Shown here: positions 21,661-31,471 of the stretch, piece by piece
How positions within the stretch are numbered: position 1 is the first letter of the stretch
How the letters are laid out: every line of letters begins with the position of its first letter
From: an uncultured Gemmatimonadales bacterium
GTDB taxonomy: Bacteria; Gemmatimonadota; Gemmatimonadetes; Longimicrobiales; Longimicrobiaceae
Assembly: GCA_963716255.1 (NCBI GenBank)
Contig: OY970303.1
Span: forward strand, 2,720,001-2,784,000
Direction of reading: 5' to 3'
Length of the DNA: 64,000 nucleotides
Program-made: the position numbers and the translations under genes
Notes under the pieces: generated by a model
Seen by the model: only the letters and a program-made list of their open reading frames with translations
Told to the model about the DNA's origin: nothing
The model's database searches: none

Positions 21661-21757
21661 GACGTTACGCGGGCTGAAGGGTGATCGCTCAGGGAGCAGA
21701 CCGGCGGAGCGACGCACGATCGGCGCCGTTCCGCCGTTGCAGTTCGCCGTTCCCGCA

Positions 21758-21912
21758 GTATCCCCCAGAAGCTGTTCGGGGGGAGACAGCCGGGCAGTTT
21801 CGGCTGGCTCCCCCCGGCGGAGGGAAACCCGCCGGCCGTTTGGCGGGGTTCCCGGAGCCCGCGCAGGAGACGGACGGCTGTATCGTCCGGCTCCGGAGCG
21901 GCCCGTCCCGCC
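21758..21912 (+). repeat. Modular hairpin repeat family B, copy 1
   Basis: Tandem GAGAC-stem-GGC(A/T)GT(T/A)T-stem-GGCTCC modules ending CCGGAGCGGCCC; related copies at 38478, 42951, 46472. Confidence 0.8.
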
Positions 21913-21921
21913 AGAAAAAAT

Positions 21922-23319
21922 TCAGCGCGTCACGCCACCAGATGCCGGACGCCGCAGAACCGGCGTCACCGGGTACAGCGTGTAGCGGGCCGCCACCTTC
22001 TCCCACTCCGCGTTCTCCGCCTCCCAGCGGCGGAAGATCTCGCGCGGGTCGGTCCCCGCCCTGACGGCGGCGGGCGCCCAGCGGCTCCCCAGCATCTGGA
22101 GCATGCTCCCCATCCCCAGCTGCTGCGGGTGCATGCGCTGGATCTCGGACAGGAACACCAGCGAGGTGAGCACCGGCTGGTACGCGTCGCGGTCCGTCAC
22201 CCGCAGGCGCAGCGCGTTGCACTTCTGGTTGCGGAACTGCATCCAGTCCGTGCCGCGCGGCGTGAACTCGGCCAGCTCGAACTCCACCCCCGGCAGCCGG
22301 TACCCGCGCACGCGGCGCAGCAGCTCGGGCGCGTTCAGGTAGGGGGCGCCCACGTAGGTGAAGGGCGCGTCGGTGCCGCGGCCCACGCTGAGGTTGGTGG
22401 TCTCCAGCATCACCAGCCCGGAAAAGGAGAGCGCGGCGGTGAGGCTGCGGATGTTGGGCGAGGGGTTGATCCACGGGAGCCCCGTCTCGTCGAACCATTC
22501 GTCGCGCCGCCAGCCGTCCACCGGCACCACGTGCAGCTCGGCGCCCACGCGGTATTCCTGGTTCACGTAGCGGGCGACCTCGCCCACCGTGAGCCCGTGG
22601 CGCAGCGGCACCGGGTAGTAGCCGGTGATCGCCGGGCCCCTGTGGCGCATCTCCAGCGCCATCAGCGGCCCCTCCACCCGGGCGGTGATGGGGTTGGGGC
22701 GGTCCAGGACGACGAAGGGGATGCCCTGCGCCGCGGCGGCCTCCATCGCCATGGCCATGGTCCACACGTAGGTGTAGGGCCGCGCGCCGATGTCCTGGAT
22801 GTCGAAGAGCAGCACGTCGATCCCGCGCAGCATGGCCGCGGTGGGCTTCTCGTTGCGTCCGTAGAGCGAGAACACGGGAAGGCCCGTTTTGGAATCGCGG
22901 CTGTTGGCGATGTGCTCGCCGCCGTCCACGTTGCCGCGCAGGCCGTGCTCCGGGCCGAAGAGCGCCACCAGCTTCACCCCCGGGGCGGCGTACAGCAGGT
23001 CGATGACGCTGCGCCCGTCGCGGGTGACGGCGGTGTGGTTGGTGATCAGGCCGGCGCGCTTCCCCCGCAGCAGGTGCAGCGAGTCGCGCAGCAGCACCTC
23101 GGCGCCGGGAGTGACCACGCGCGGCGGCTCGGGCCGCGGGGCCGGGGCCGCCGCGGGGGCCGGGACCGGCTCCGGAGGGTCGGCGGGAATGTACAGCACG
23201 GGCCGCTCGCGCCGCGGGGCGTCGGGGGTGCGCGGCGTGGCGGGGACGCATGCGGGGAGGGCGAGGGCGAGCAGGGCGGCGAGCGAGCGCCGCGCCCGGC
23301 CGGGGCGGTGGTACGTCAT
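21922..23319 (-). CDS. namZ: Exo-beta-N-acetylmuramidase NamZ-like (DUF1343) lipoprotein
   Basis: GLITNHT, LFGPEHG, FDIQDIGAR.YTY, LDRPNP, PSPN, SVGRGT; lipobox LPAC. Confidence 0.9.
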   Translation of the reverse strand: MTYHRPGRARRSLAALLALALPACVPATPRTPDAPRRERPVLYIPADPPEPVPAPAAAPAPRPEPPRVVTPGAEVLLRDSLHLLRGKRAGLITNHTAVTRDGRSVIDLLYAAPGVKLVALFGPEHGLRGNVDGGEHIANSRDSKTGLPVFSLYGRNEKPTAAMLRGIDVLLFDIQDIGARPYTYVWTMAMAMEAAAAQGIPFVVLDRPNPITARVEGPLMALEMRHRGPAITGYYPVPLRHGLTVGEVARYVNQEYRVGAELHVVPVDGWRRDEWFDETGLPWINPSPNIRSLTAALSFSGLVMLETTNLSVGRGTDAPFTYVGAPYLNAPELLRRVRGYRLPGVEFELAEFTPRGTDWMQFRNQKCNALRLRVTDRDAYQPVLTSLVFLSEIQRMHPQQLGMGSMLQMLGSRWAPAAVRAGTDPREIFRRWEAENAEWEKVAARYTLYPVTPVLRRPASGGVTR

Positions 23320-23436
23320 TGCACTTCGGTGGTACGGGGTGACGCGAAGGCTGCGAGCGGGACGGCGGACGACGGGCCAGGCGTGGCGGAAGGGTCTCTC
23401 CCGCGTGCTACCCGCGGGGAGGCGAAAAGGTGCGGC

Positions 23437-24048
23437 TCAGGGAGCGGGCGGCGGCGGTGGCGGAAGCTGCACGCGCACCATCTCCCGCCCGTCCCACACG
23501 AAGTAGGCGGGGGGGATGCGGCCCGGCCAGGGGAGCTCGCCGGGCTGCAGCGAGTTCAGCATCACCAGGCGGCTGTCGCGGCGGAACTCCAGGCTCCCCT
23601 CCGAATCGAAGGGGTTGCCGTGCACCCGGCCGGTGCGCGCGTCCACGACGGCCCAGTCCAGGCACTGGGTGCCGCATCCCCACCGGGCGATGGTGTACGC
23701 ACCGGCGAAGTTGGGCCCCTCGGCGGCGTCGGAGCGCAGCGCCGAGCGGTACATCCGCGCCCAGGGCTGGCTGCGCAGGTCCACCGGGGCGGGCGTGCCG
23801 CTGAAGCTCTCGGTCGCGGGATAGTCCTCGAAGCGCGGCACCGGCTGCCGGGCCCAGTCCGGCTGCGGCGGGATGGTGTCGCCGTCCTCGTCCGCGGGCA
23901 CAGCCGTGTTGGGCGCGGCGAGCACCAGGGTGTCCGTGCGGACGCCGGGATCGACGATGGGCGCCTCGGGCGGGGCGATGCGGTGCGTGCAGGCCGCCGC
24001 GGCGAGCAGCAGGGCGAGACAGACCGGGCGCAGGGGGCGGAGCGGCAT
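23437..24048 (-). CDS. Hypothetical lipoprotein
   Basis: Lipobox AAAC; GPNFAGAYTIARWGCGTQC motif; host-like codon usage. Confidence 0.7.
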   Translation of the reverse strand: MPLRPLRPVCLALLLAAAACTHRIAPPEAPIVDPGVRTDTLVLAAPNTAVPADEDGDTIPPQPDWARQPVPRFEDYPATESFSGTPAPVDLRSQPWARMYRSALRSDAAEGPNFAGAYTIARWGCGTQCLDWAVVDARTGRVHGNPFDSEGSLEFRRDSRLVMLNSLQPGELPWPGRIPPAYFVWDGREMVRVQLPPPPPPAP

Positions 24049-24095
24049 GGGAGCGGGAGGCCGGTGAGGGGAGGGGACGGAGGGCGGCGGCAGGG

Positions 24096-24341
24096 TCAGC
24101 GGGCGGGCGCGTCCGCGGGCGCCGCGCCGGCGCAGCGGGCGCAGATGCAGCGTCGGCCGCGCTCCGCCTCCGGGACGCGCGCCAGCGTTTCCGGCGCGAT
24201 GCGGGCCGCGGAGCACCAGCACTCCACCGCCCCGCCCGCGGGCTCCGCCATGGCGCACGCGTTGTCCCCGCCGCAGAGCGGGCAGGCCGCCTCCCGCGGG
24301 GAGGCCGGCGCCGGGGACGCGGCCCGCGGGTTCCCGCTCAT
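24096..24341 (-). CDS. Cysteine-rich CWC family protein
   Basis: CPLCG..N.C...CWC...CIC..C; ATGA overlap with the upstream ATPase gene. Confidence 0.8.
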   Translation of the reverse strand: MSGNPRAASPAPASPREAACPLCGGDNACAMAEPAGGAVECWCSAARIAPETLARVPEAERGRRCICARCAGAAPADAPAR

Positions 24342-25807
24342 CCGAAGATGTCGCTTCCCAGGCCGCCGAAGCCCCCGCCGCCGTGGCCCTTGCCCTTGGG
24401 GCGCTCGGGACGGGCGCGGCTGTAGGTGCCGGTGTCCGCGCGCGTGATGCGGCGGTGCGCGGCCAGCCCCTCCAGCACCAGCTCGGCCGTGGCCACGTCC
24501 AGCGCGCGGTCGCCCCGGAGCATCCCGGCGTCCCGGAGCGACGCCTCCAGCCCGGGGACGGCGGCGAGCCCCTGCCAGCAGGCGTCGGCCGAGGCGCCGT
24601 CGGAGATCTGGAGAACGCCGCCGTGGTCGAAGTACTCCACCACCTCGTCCAGCGAGTCCGCGTCCCAGTAGCGGTCGAACACCTCGCGCGAGGCCGCGGC
24701 GATCAGGTCGCGGGCGATGGCCTGCGAGCCCTGCAGCTCGCCCTCGTACTCCAGCTCCATCTTGCCGGTGATCGCCGGGACGGCGGCGTACACGTCGGCG
24801 ACGCGGGGGACCACGCGCGGCTCGGTCGCCGTGAGGGCGCGCCTCTCGGCGTTGGACACCACCGTTTCCAGCACGGAGATGGGCATGCGCTGCGACACCC
24901 CGCTGCGCCGGTCGATCCGCTTGTCGTCGCGCGCCAGGAAGGCGATGCGCTCCACCACCTCGGAGATGAAGGGCGGGATCTCCACGGCGCTGCCGTCGCG
25001 GCGGGTCCACGCCTCCTGCCGGGTGATCTCCATTCCCTCCTCGGCGCTCTTGGGGTAGTGCGTCAGCACCTCGGCCCCGATGCGGTCCTTGAGCGGCGTG
25101 ATGATCTTGCCGCGCGCCGTGTAGTCCTCGGGGTTGGCGCTGAACACCAGCATCACGTCCAGGGGCAGGCGCACGGGATATCCCTTGATCTGGATGTCCC
25201 CTTCCTGGAGGATGTTGAAGAGCCCTACCTGCACCTTGCCGGACAGGTCGGGGAGCTCGTTGAGCGCGAAGATCCCCCGGTTGGCGCGCGGCAGCAGCCC
25301 GAAGTGGATGGTGAGCTCGTCGGAAAGCAGGTGCCCGCCGCGGGCGGCGCGGATGGGGTCCACGTCGCCGATCAGGTCGGCCACGGTCACGTCCGGGGTG
25401 GCCAGCTTTTCCACGTAGCGCCGGTCGCGCGGCACCCATTCCACGGGCGCGTCGTCCCCGTGCTCCTCCACCAGCAGCCGGCCGTAGCGGGAGATGGGGG
25501 CCAGCGGGTCGTCGTTGATCTCGGAGCCGGCGAGCGCCGGGATCTCCGGGTCCAGCAGCTCCACCAGCTGGCGGAGGATGCGGCTCTTGGCCTGCCCGCG
25601 CAGCCCCAGCAGGATGAAGTTGTGGCGGGCGAGCACGGCGTTGGCCAGCGACGGGACCACCGTGTCCTCGTAGCCGACGATCCCGGGAAAGAGCGGCCCC
25701 CCCGACCGGAGCTTGGCGAGCAGGTTCTCGCGCAGCTCCTCCTTGACGGAGCGTGACCGGTATCCGGACGCCCGCAGGGCGCCGAGGGTGGTGGGGCGCT
25801 GGGTCAT
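24338..25807 (-). CDS. Magnesium-chelatase (ChlI)/MoxR-like AAA+ ATPase
   Basis: GLRGQAKS Walker A, RYVEKLATPD, NELPDL, SANPEDYTARGKIITPLKDR. Confidence 0.85.
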   Translation of the reverse strand: MTQRPTTLGALRASGYRSRSVKEELRENLLAKLRSGGPLFPGIVGYEDTVVPSLANAVLARHNFILLGLRGQAKSRILRQLVELLDPEIPALAGSEINDDPLAPISRYGRLLVEEHGDDAPVEWVPRDRRYVEKLATPDVTVADLIGDVDPIRAARGGHLLSDELTIHFGLLPRANRGIFALNELPDLSGKVQVGLFNILQEGDIQIKGYPVRLPLDVMLVFSANPEDYTARGKIITPLKDRIGAEVLTHYPKSAEEGMEITRQEAWTRRDGSAVEIPPFISEVVERIAFLARDDKRIDRRSGVSQRMPISVLETVVSNAERRALTATEPRVVPRVADVYAAVPAITGKMELEYEGELQGSQAIARDLIAAASREVFDRYWDADSLDEVVEYFDHGGVLQISDGASADACWQGLAAVPGLEASLRDAGMLRGDRALDVATAELVLEGLAAHRRITRADTGTYSRARPERPKGKGHGGGGFGGLGSDIFG

Positions 25808-25832
25808 GCGTTCACCTTCGGTGAAGTAGAGA

Positions 25833-25937
25833 AGTGCGAAAGTGCGAGGTGCGAAAGTGCGAAAGCGCTTCGGGGTGCCGGCCGCCCGGCGCACTCCTGC
25901 ATTTTCCGCACTCCCGCACTTTCGCACTCACGCACTT
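25833..25937. repeat. Short 8-bp tandem repeats (AGTGCGAA)n followed by their reverse complement, forming a long hairpin
   Basis: AGTGCGAAAGTGCGAGGTGCGAAAGTGCGAAAG ... CGCACTCCCGCACTTTCGCACTCACGCACT; same unit at 21103-21130. Confidence 0.75.
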
Positions 25938-26833
25938 CCGTCCTCTTCGTCCGGCACCTCGATGGCGACGCCCTCGGGAAGCCGCCGCATCCGCGGCAGG
26001 AGCGCGGGGACGGGAGCGTCGCGGAGCGCGTCCCACAGCTCCGGGAGCGCGTGGAACTCGGCCAGGCGCGCCAGGGTGCGGACGGTGGGCGGGAGCATCT
26101 TCAGCTCGCCCGCGTGGAAGCGGGCCACCGCCTCGGCCGGGGCCAGCCAGCGGGCGTCGGTCAGCTCCGCCTCGTGGACCACGCACTCGGCGCCCTCGGG
26201 GACGCGCGCGGCGAAGAAGCGGGTGTCGTAGCGGCGCGGCTCCGGCTCCGGGGTGATCCAGTGGGCGAGGTACACCAGGGCGTCGCCGGACAGGCGCAGC
26301 CCGTTCCCCACCGCCACCTCCCGCATCCCCACCACCCCGCCCAGCAGGGCGCGGCGCGCCACCTCCAGGCTCGCCTCGGCCCGGGCGTGCACGCCGCCCA
26401 CGCCGTCCCAGCGCCCCAGCAGGATGCCCGTCTCCTCGAAGGCCTCCCGCAGCGCCGCCGCCACGTACCCCTGCGCCTCCGCGCCGTCGGCGAGCCCCAG
26501 CCGCGCGGCCCACTCCGCGGGCGACGGCCCGTCGATGCGCTCGCCCAGGGCGGGGTCGCGGTCGGCGGGGTCCACCACGCCACCCGGGAACACCCAGGCG
26601 TCGGCGGCGAAGCCGCTGCGCCGGTGGCGGCGCAGGAGCAGCGCCTCGGGGCCGGCCGCGCCCTCCCGCAGCAGGACCACGGTGGCGGCGGGGCGCGGCT
26701 CGACCGGCTGGAAGTCGCCGGACTCCACCTTTTCGGCGAAGCCGGGGGGGAGGTGCTCCTCCGGGATCAAAAAGGTGTTCGGGTCGCCGGTGGGGCGGCG
26801 TGCGGCGGATGCGGCGGAGCGTTCGCTGGTCAT
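25928..26833 (-). CDS. NUDIX hydrolase (NUDT19-like)
   Basis: PAATVVLLR, VFPGG, AALREAFEETG, HWITP...RYDTRFF. Confidence 0.88.
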   Translation of the reverse strand: MTSERSAASAARRPTGDPNTFLIPEEHLPPGFAEKVESGDFQPVEPRPAATVVLLREGAAGPEALLLRRHRRSGFAADAWVFPGGVVDPADRDPALGERIDGPSPAEWAARLGLADGAEAQGYVAAALREAFEETGILLGRWDGVGGVHARAEASLEVARRALLGGVVGMREVAVGNGLRLSGDALVYLAHWITPEPEPRRYDTRFFAARVPEGAECVVHEAELTDARWLAPAEAVARFHAGELKMLPPTVRTLARLAEFHALPELWDALRDAPVPALLPRMRRLPEGVAIEVPDEEDGSA

Positions 26834-26873
26834 GCGCGAACGATAGGCCATCCGCACCGCAGGGGCAAATCCG

Positions 26874-29150
26874 TCATAGCCCCCAGGCGGCGCGCACCGT
26901 CAGGCTGCGCCCGGGGTCCAGCGCGAACTCCTTGTAGCGGCTGAGGAAGCTCCGGTACGCAGTGTCCAGCGCGTTCTCCAGCTGCGCCTCCAGGCGCACG
27001 CGCCGCCCCACCAGCCGGGGCTCCCACCCGCCGCCCAGGTCCAGCAGCGCGTAGCCGCCCGGGGCGTACTCACCGGGCGCGGGGTGCGACTGGCGCGCCA
27101 CGCCCCGGAGCTGCGTCCACAGGTGCATCCCGCGGGCCGAGGCGCCTCCCTCGGGCCGCAGCTCCGCGCGCAGGAGCGCCCGCGGCGGCGGCATCAGCGG
27201 CAGGGGCCGGCCGGTGGCCGCGTCGGTCCCGCGCGTCACGTCCACCGCGCCGCGGAGCAGGAGCCCGCGCGCGGGCTCCACCTGCACGGCGGCCTCGCCC
27301 CCCCACAGCCGCGCCCGGGTCTGGGCGTAGCGGAAGACCCGCAGCCCCTGCCGCAGCTCGGCGGTGGGCGCGGCGTACAGGTAGTCGTCCACGCGGTGGC
27401 GGTATCCCTCCACCTCGGCTTCCACGCCGCGGCCCCGCCAGCGCAGCCCGCCGTCCAGGGCCAGCGTGCTCTCGGTGTCCAGCTCCGCCGAGCCCACGTC
27501 GAAGCGCGCCTCGCCCAGGCGGGGGCCGTTGGCGAAGAGCTCGAACAGGTTGGGGGCGCGCCAGCCGCGCCCAACCCCCGCGCGCGCGGCGAGGCCACCG
27601 CCCAGCTCCATCGTGCCCGCCAGGTTGAAGGTCGCCGCCCGCCACGTGCGCGAGCCGGAGGCCAGCCCCAGCTCCGCGTTGGGATCCCACTCCAGCCCGC
27701 GCCCGTCCGCGCGCGCGCCGGCGAGCAGCCGGACCGGGCCCAGCTCCACCTGCTCCACGGCGAAGAGCGCCGCGGTGCGCATGCGGGCGTCCGGCACCAG
27801 GGGCACGGGCCCGCGCGTGTCGTTGTGCTGGAGCAGGGCCGAGACGCCCACGGTCCCCTCCGCCCCGCCCCCGCCGCCGTGGTGGGCCAGCAGGTCGAAG
27901 CTGTAGGTGTCCAGCAGCAGGTCGAACTGCACCGACTCCTTGCCGGGCACCCGCTCGCCGTTCAGCTCGTCGGCCACCTCCACCAGCGAGTGGCGCTGCC
28001 ACTGCGCCCGCGGCTCCAGGCGGATCCCGCGCCAGGGGAGGACGGCCGCGGCCTGCACGCGGTCGTCGGACAGCTTGCGTTCCGGCCCCTCCTCCTCCGC
28101 GGGGTCCGCGGCGCCCACGCCGGCGCGCCCGGAGTCCGCCTCCAGCAGCTTGAACTCACCCCCGTAGCGGTCGTAGCGGACCACCAGGCTCCCCCAGTCG
28201 CCGCGTACGCCGCCGGCCAGCTCCCCGTCGAGCGCGCCGAAGCCGGTGTTCTCCACCTTGCCGCGGGGGGTGCGGTAGTCCTCCCCCAGCCGGCCGACGA
28301 CGGTCGCCCGCCACCCCGCGGCGCCCCGCGCGCCCTCGCCGCGGAGCACCAGGCCGCTCTCGCGGTTGTTGGTGGCGAACCAGCTTTCCGCGCCGGTGCG
28401 GACGAAGCCGCGGCGGCCCACCGCGTCCGGGAGCGGCTCCGGGATCACGTTCACCACCCCGCCCTCCGCGTCCGAGCCGTACAGCAGGCTGGCCGGGCCG
28501 CGGACCACCTCCACCCGCTGCGCGAGGCGGGCGTCGATGGAGGGCGCATCCTCGTCGCTCCACGAGTAGTCCTCCAGCCGCAGCCCGTCGGCGAGCACCA
28601 GCACCCGCGAGCCGGAGAAGCCGCGGATCACCGGCTTCCCCACCTGCTGCCCGGTGGAAAGCGTGGCGACACCGGGGATCCCCTCCAGCGCGTGCGCCAG
28701 CGACACCGACGACGAGGCGCGCAGCCGCTCGGGCCCCAGCGTCGCCACCGAGAGCGGCGACGCCGCGGCCGCCAGCGGGGTGCGCGCCGCCGTCACCACC
28801 AGGCTTTCCAGCTCCACGGGCGACTGCCGCAGCGCGACGCGGACGGGCTCCACGGTCCCGGGGCCGAACGCGACCACCGCGGGAGCGTGCCCCGGCAGGC
28901 GGAGCTGGAGGAGGTAGCGCCCGGGCGGGAGCCCCGCGAAGGCGAAGCGGCCGTCCGCGTCGCTGCGGGTCCTGCGCTCCAGCTCCACCACGGTGGCCTC
29001 GACCCCGGCCAGCGGGGCACCGCCGCCGTCGGTCACCACTCCGGTGAGGGTGTCCGCGGCGGCTCGGTGCACGGCCGGTGCGGCCGGCCGGGCGGCGCGC
29101 GGCGGGTCCGCGGTGTGGGCCGCGGCGGCGAGCAGCAGGGCGATCAGCAT
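26874..29150 (-). CDS. TonB-dependent receptor
   Basis: Signal peptide, carboxypeptidase-regulatory-like N-domain, plug (KPVIRG, VEVVRGPASLLYGS..GGVVN), barrel (RAPNLFELF). Confidence 0.92.
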   Translation of the reverse strand: MLIALLLAAAAHTADPPRAARPAAPAVHRAAADTLTGVVTDGGGAPLAGVEATVVELERRTRSDADGRFAFAGLPPGRYLLQLRLPGHAPAVVAFGPGTVEPVRVALRQSPVELESLVVTAARTPLAAAASPLSVATLGPERLRASSSVSLAHALEGIPGVATLSTGQQVGKPVIRGFSGSRVLVLADGLRLEDYSWSDEDAPSIDARLAQRVEVVRGPASLLYGSDAEGGVVNVIPEPLPDAVGRRGFVRTGAESWFATNNRESGLVLRGEGARGAAGWRATVVGRLGEDYRTPRGKVENTGFGALDGELAGGVRGDWGSLVVRYDRYGGEFKLLEADSGRAGVGAADPAEEEGPERKLSDDRVQAAAVLPWRGIRLEPRAQWQRHSLVEVADELNGERVPGKESVQFDLLLDTYSFDLLAHHGGGGGAEGTVGVSALLQHNDTRGPVPLVPDARMRTAALFAVEQVELGPVRLLAGARADGRGLEWDPNAELGLASGSRTWRAATFNLAGTMELGGGLAARAGVGRGWRAPNLFELFANGPRLGEARFDVGSAELDTESTLALDGGLRWRGRGVEAEVEGYRHRVDDYLYAAPTAELRQGLRVFRYAQTRARLWGGEAAVQVEPARGLLLRGAVDVTRGTDAATGRPLPLMPPPRALLRAELRPEGGASARGMHLWTQLRGVARQSHPAPGEYAPGGYALLDLGGGWEPRLVGRRVRLEAQLENALDTAYRSFLSRYKEFALDPGRSLTVRAAWGL

Positions 29151-29242
29151 GGGGGAGTCTTCTCCGTGTGGGGTGGCAGCCTGGACGCGGGAGGATCGCT
29201 GGGCGTGGGGCGGACGCGGGAGCCGCCACCGGGCTCCGCGGC

Positions 29243-30211
29243 TTACCCCGCCGGCGTCTTGTAGCGCGGACCGGCGGGCGCGGTGAGCGGGGATCCCTCC
29301 AGGGAGGTCGTGTGCGGGAGGAGCTTGTCGATGTTCTTCCAGCCGGAGTCGCCCGAGATGAAGACCACGTCGCCCGTCACCTCCAGCTCGCGGGCCGTCT
29401 CCTGCGCCGCGTGGAAGACCCCGCCCGACTGCAGGCCCCCGAAGATCCCCTGGTCGCGGAGCTCCAGGGTGGCGCGGACCACCTCCGGCTCGGACACCTT
29501 GACCACGCGGTCGAAGATCCCGTCTTCGAACCCCTTGAGGATGAAGGGAGTCCTGTAGTCGCCGTCGTCGAAGCTCCCGGTCCCCGGGATCTTGGTCCCC
29601 TGCGCCGACTGCACGGCGACCACCTTGACGTGCGGCCGGTGCTCCTTGAGGTAGCGGGCGGTGCCGTACAGGGTGCCCCCGGAGCCCAGCGAGCCCACCA
29701 CCACCTCCACGTCGGGGAACGCCTGAAGGATCTCCGGCCCGGTCGCCTCGTAGTGGGCCTGCGGGTTGGCCCAGTTGTGAAGCTGGTCGAAGAAGCAGTA
29801 GCGGCCCGGCTCCTCGCGCTCCACCAGCTCGCGGCAGAAGCGGTTCCCCTCGATGGTGAAGTCGCCCACCTGGTACAGCTCCGCCCCGTAGTACAGGAGG
29901 AAGTTGCGCTTGTCCTGCGTGAGCTTGGAGCTGACGACCAGCGTGGTGCGATGCCCCATGAGCCGCCCGAAGTAGGCCAGGGCGCAGGCCATGTTGCCGC
30001 TGGAGGCGTCCAGGAGCGTCATCCCCGGCTGGAGGGCGCCCGAGTCGAGCGCATCCCGGATCATGTGCAGCCCCGCCCGGTCCTTGACGCTCCCGGTGGG
30101 GTTCCACCCCTCCAGCTTCACGTGCAGGCGCGCGTCGGGAGCGCGGGACGAGTGCACCCGCACGTGGGGAGTCCGCCCGACCAGGGCGGAGGTGTTGTCG
30201 TAGCGCGTCAT
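29243..30211 (-). CDS. PLP-dependent cysteine synthase family protein
   Basis: KLEGWNPTGSVKDR (PLP Lys), SSGN, GSGGT. Confidence 0.9.
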   Translation of the reverse strand: MTRYDNTSALVGRTPHVRVHSSRAPDARLHVKLEGWNPTGSVKDRAGLHMIRDALDSGALQPGMTLLDASSGNMACALAYFGRLMGHRTTLVVSSKLTQDKRNFLLYYGAELYQVGDFTIEGNRFCRELVEREEPGRYCFFDQLHNWANPQAHYEATGPEILQAFPDVEVVVGSLGSGGTLYGTARYLKEHRPHVKVVAVQSAQGTKIPGTGSFDDGDYRTPFILKGFEDGIFDRVVKVSEPEVVRATLELRDQGIFGGLQSGGVFHAAQETARELEVTGDVVFISGDSGWKNIDKLLPHTTSLEGSPLTAPAGPRYKTPAG

Positions 30212-30418
30212 CTCGTCACCAGGATCGATGGAGGTCGTCGTCCGCCCGTGCCCGCGCGCGGCGGAGCCGCGGTCACGGCGGTCGCGAGGACTGCGGGACG
30301 GACCGCGCCCCGCCTTCCAAGAATATTAGCCGCCAGACGGAGAGGCAGGCAATCCATGCCCTTTCTCGCGCGGGGCGACTCCCCGAACAGGCCGTTCCAG
30401 GAGCGGGCACGAGGATCC

Positions 30419-30461
30419 TTGACCCGGCCGCCCGGCTCCTTATACTTAAGCACATGCTTAA
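30419..30461 (+). promoter_or_regulatory. Sigma70-type promoter plus palindromic operator over the ArsR start codon
   Basis: TTGACC-N16-TATACT, then TTAAGCA-CA-TGCTTAA spanning ATG 30454. Confidence 0.7.
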
Positions 30462-30810
30462 CCAATCCCCACCGCTCGACCAGCTCTTCCACGCCCTCGC
30501 CGATCCTACCCGGCGGGCGCTGGTCGAGCAGCTGAGCCACGCGCCGGCCCCGGTGAGCGAGCTCGCCCGCAGCCTTCCCATGTCGCTCCCCGGCGTGATG
30601 CAGCACCTGCAGGTGCTGGAGGCGAGCGGGCTCGTCCGCTCCGAGAAGGTGGGGCGGGTGCGCACCTGCCGCCTGGAGCCGGACGCGCTGCGGACAGCCG
30701 AGCGGTGGATCAGCGAGCGGCGCGCGGGCTGGGAGCGCCGGCTGGACCGGCTGGGCGACTACCTCGCCGAGCACGACGACGACAACCCCGATCCGAGGAG
30801 GGAGCCATGA
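30454..30810 (+). CDS. ArsR/SmtB family transcriptional regulator
   Basis: FHALADPTRR...QHLQVLEASGLV.SEKVGRVR. Confidence 0.93.
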   Translation: MLNQSPPLDQLFHALADPTRRALVEQLSHAPAPVSELARSLPMSLPGVMQHLQVLEASGLVRSEKVGRVRTCRLEPDALRTAERWISERRAGWERRLDRLGDYLAEHDDDNPDPRREP

Positions 30811-31274
30811 CCGCACACTCCGTGACGCACGCCACCTTCGTCCTGGAGCGCACCTACGCCGCGCCGCCGGCCCGCGTGTTCGCCGCCTGGGCGGACCCGG
30901 TGGCGAAGGCCCGCTGGTTCTCCTGCCACGCCGAGCACGAGATGGACTTCCGGGTGGGCGGACGGGAGTTCTCCCGCGGGGGCGAGCCGGGCGGGCCGGT
31001 CTACACCACCGAGATCCGCTTCCAGGACATCGTGCCCGGCGAGCGCATCGTCTACAGCTACGACGTGCTCCGCGACGACGCGCGGATGTCCGTGTCGCTG
31101 GCGACGGTGGAGCTCCGGCCCGACGGCGCCGGCACGCGCCTGGTGTTCACCGAGCAGGGCGCCTTCCTGGACGGCCACGACACGCCGGCCGGGCGGGAGC
31201 TGGGGACCCGGGTGGGGCTGGAGCGGCTGGACGCCGAGCTGGAGCGTGAGCCCGCAGTCGCCGGGAGCGCCTGA
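30807..31274 (+). CDS. SRPBCC (AHSA1-like) protein
   Basis: TFVLERTY.APPARVFAAW...DFRVGG...RIVYSY...TRLVFTEQ; ATGA coupling. Confidence 0.9.
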   Translation: MTAHSVTHATFVLERTYAAPPARVFAAWADPVAKARWFSCHAEHEMDFRVGGREFSRGGEPGGPVYTTEIRFQDIVPGERIVYSYDVLRDDARMSVSLATVELRPDGAGTRLVFTEQGAFLDGHDTPAGRELGTRVGLERLDAELEREPAVAGSA

Positions 31275-31301
31275 ATCGCAACGGCTTCGAACTGCGGGCT
31301 C

Positions 31302-31430
31302 GGGCGTGCCCCCGGCTGGCGCCGGGGTCGGGCTTCGGCTCCGTAAGCCCGCAAACAACGCGGGCTAACGGAGTCGAGCCCCGCGAAACTGCCCGCGGAT
31401 CTCGCCCCTTCGGGCCGGAATCCCTCACGC
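31302..31430 (+). repeat. Repeat family A, copy 5
   Basis: Matches the family A consensus. Confidence 0.9.
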
Positions 31431-31471
31431 GGGTCCCGCGCTGGCGTCCCCGGGGGGGCTTCCTTCGCCCG

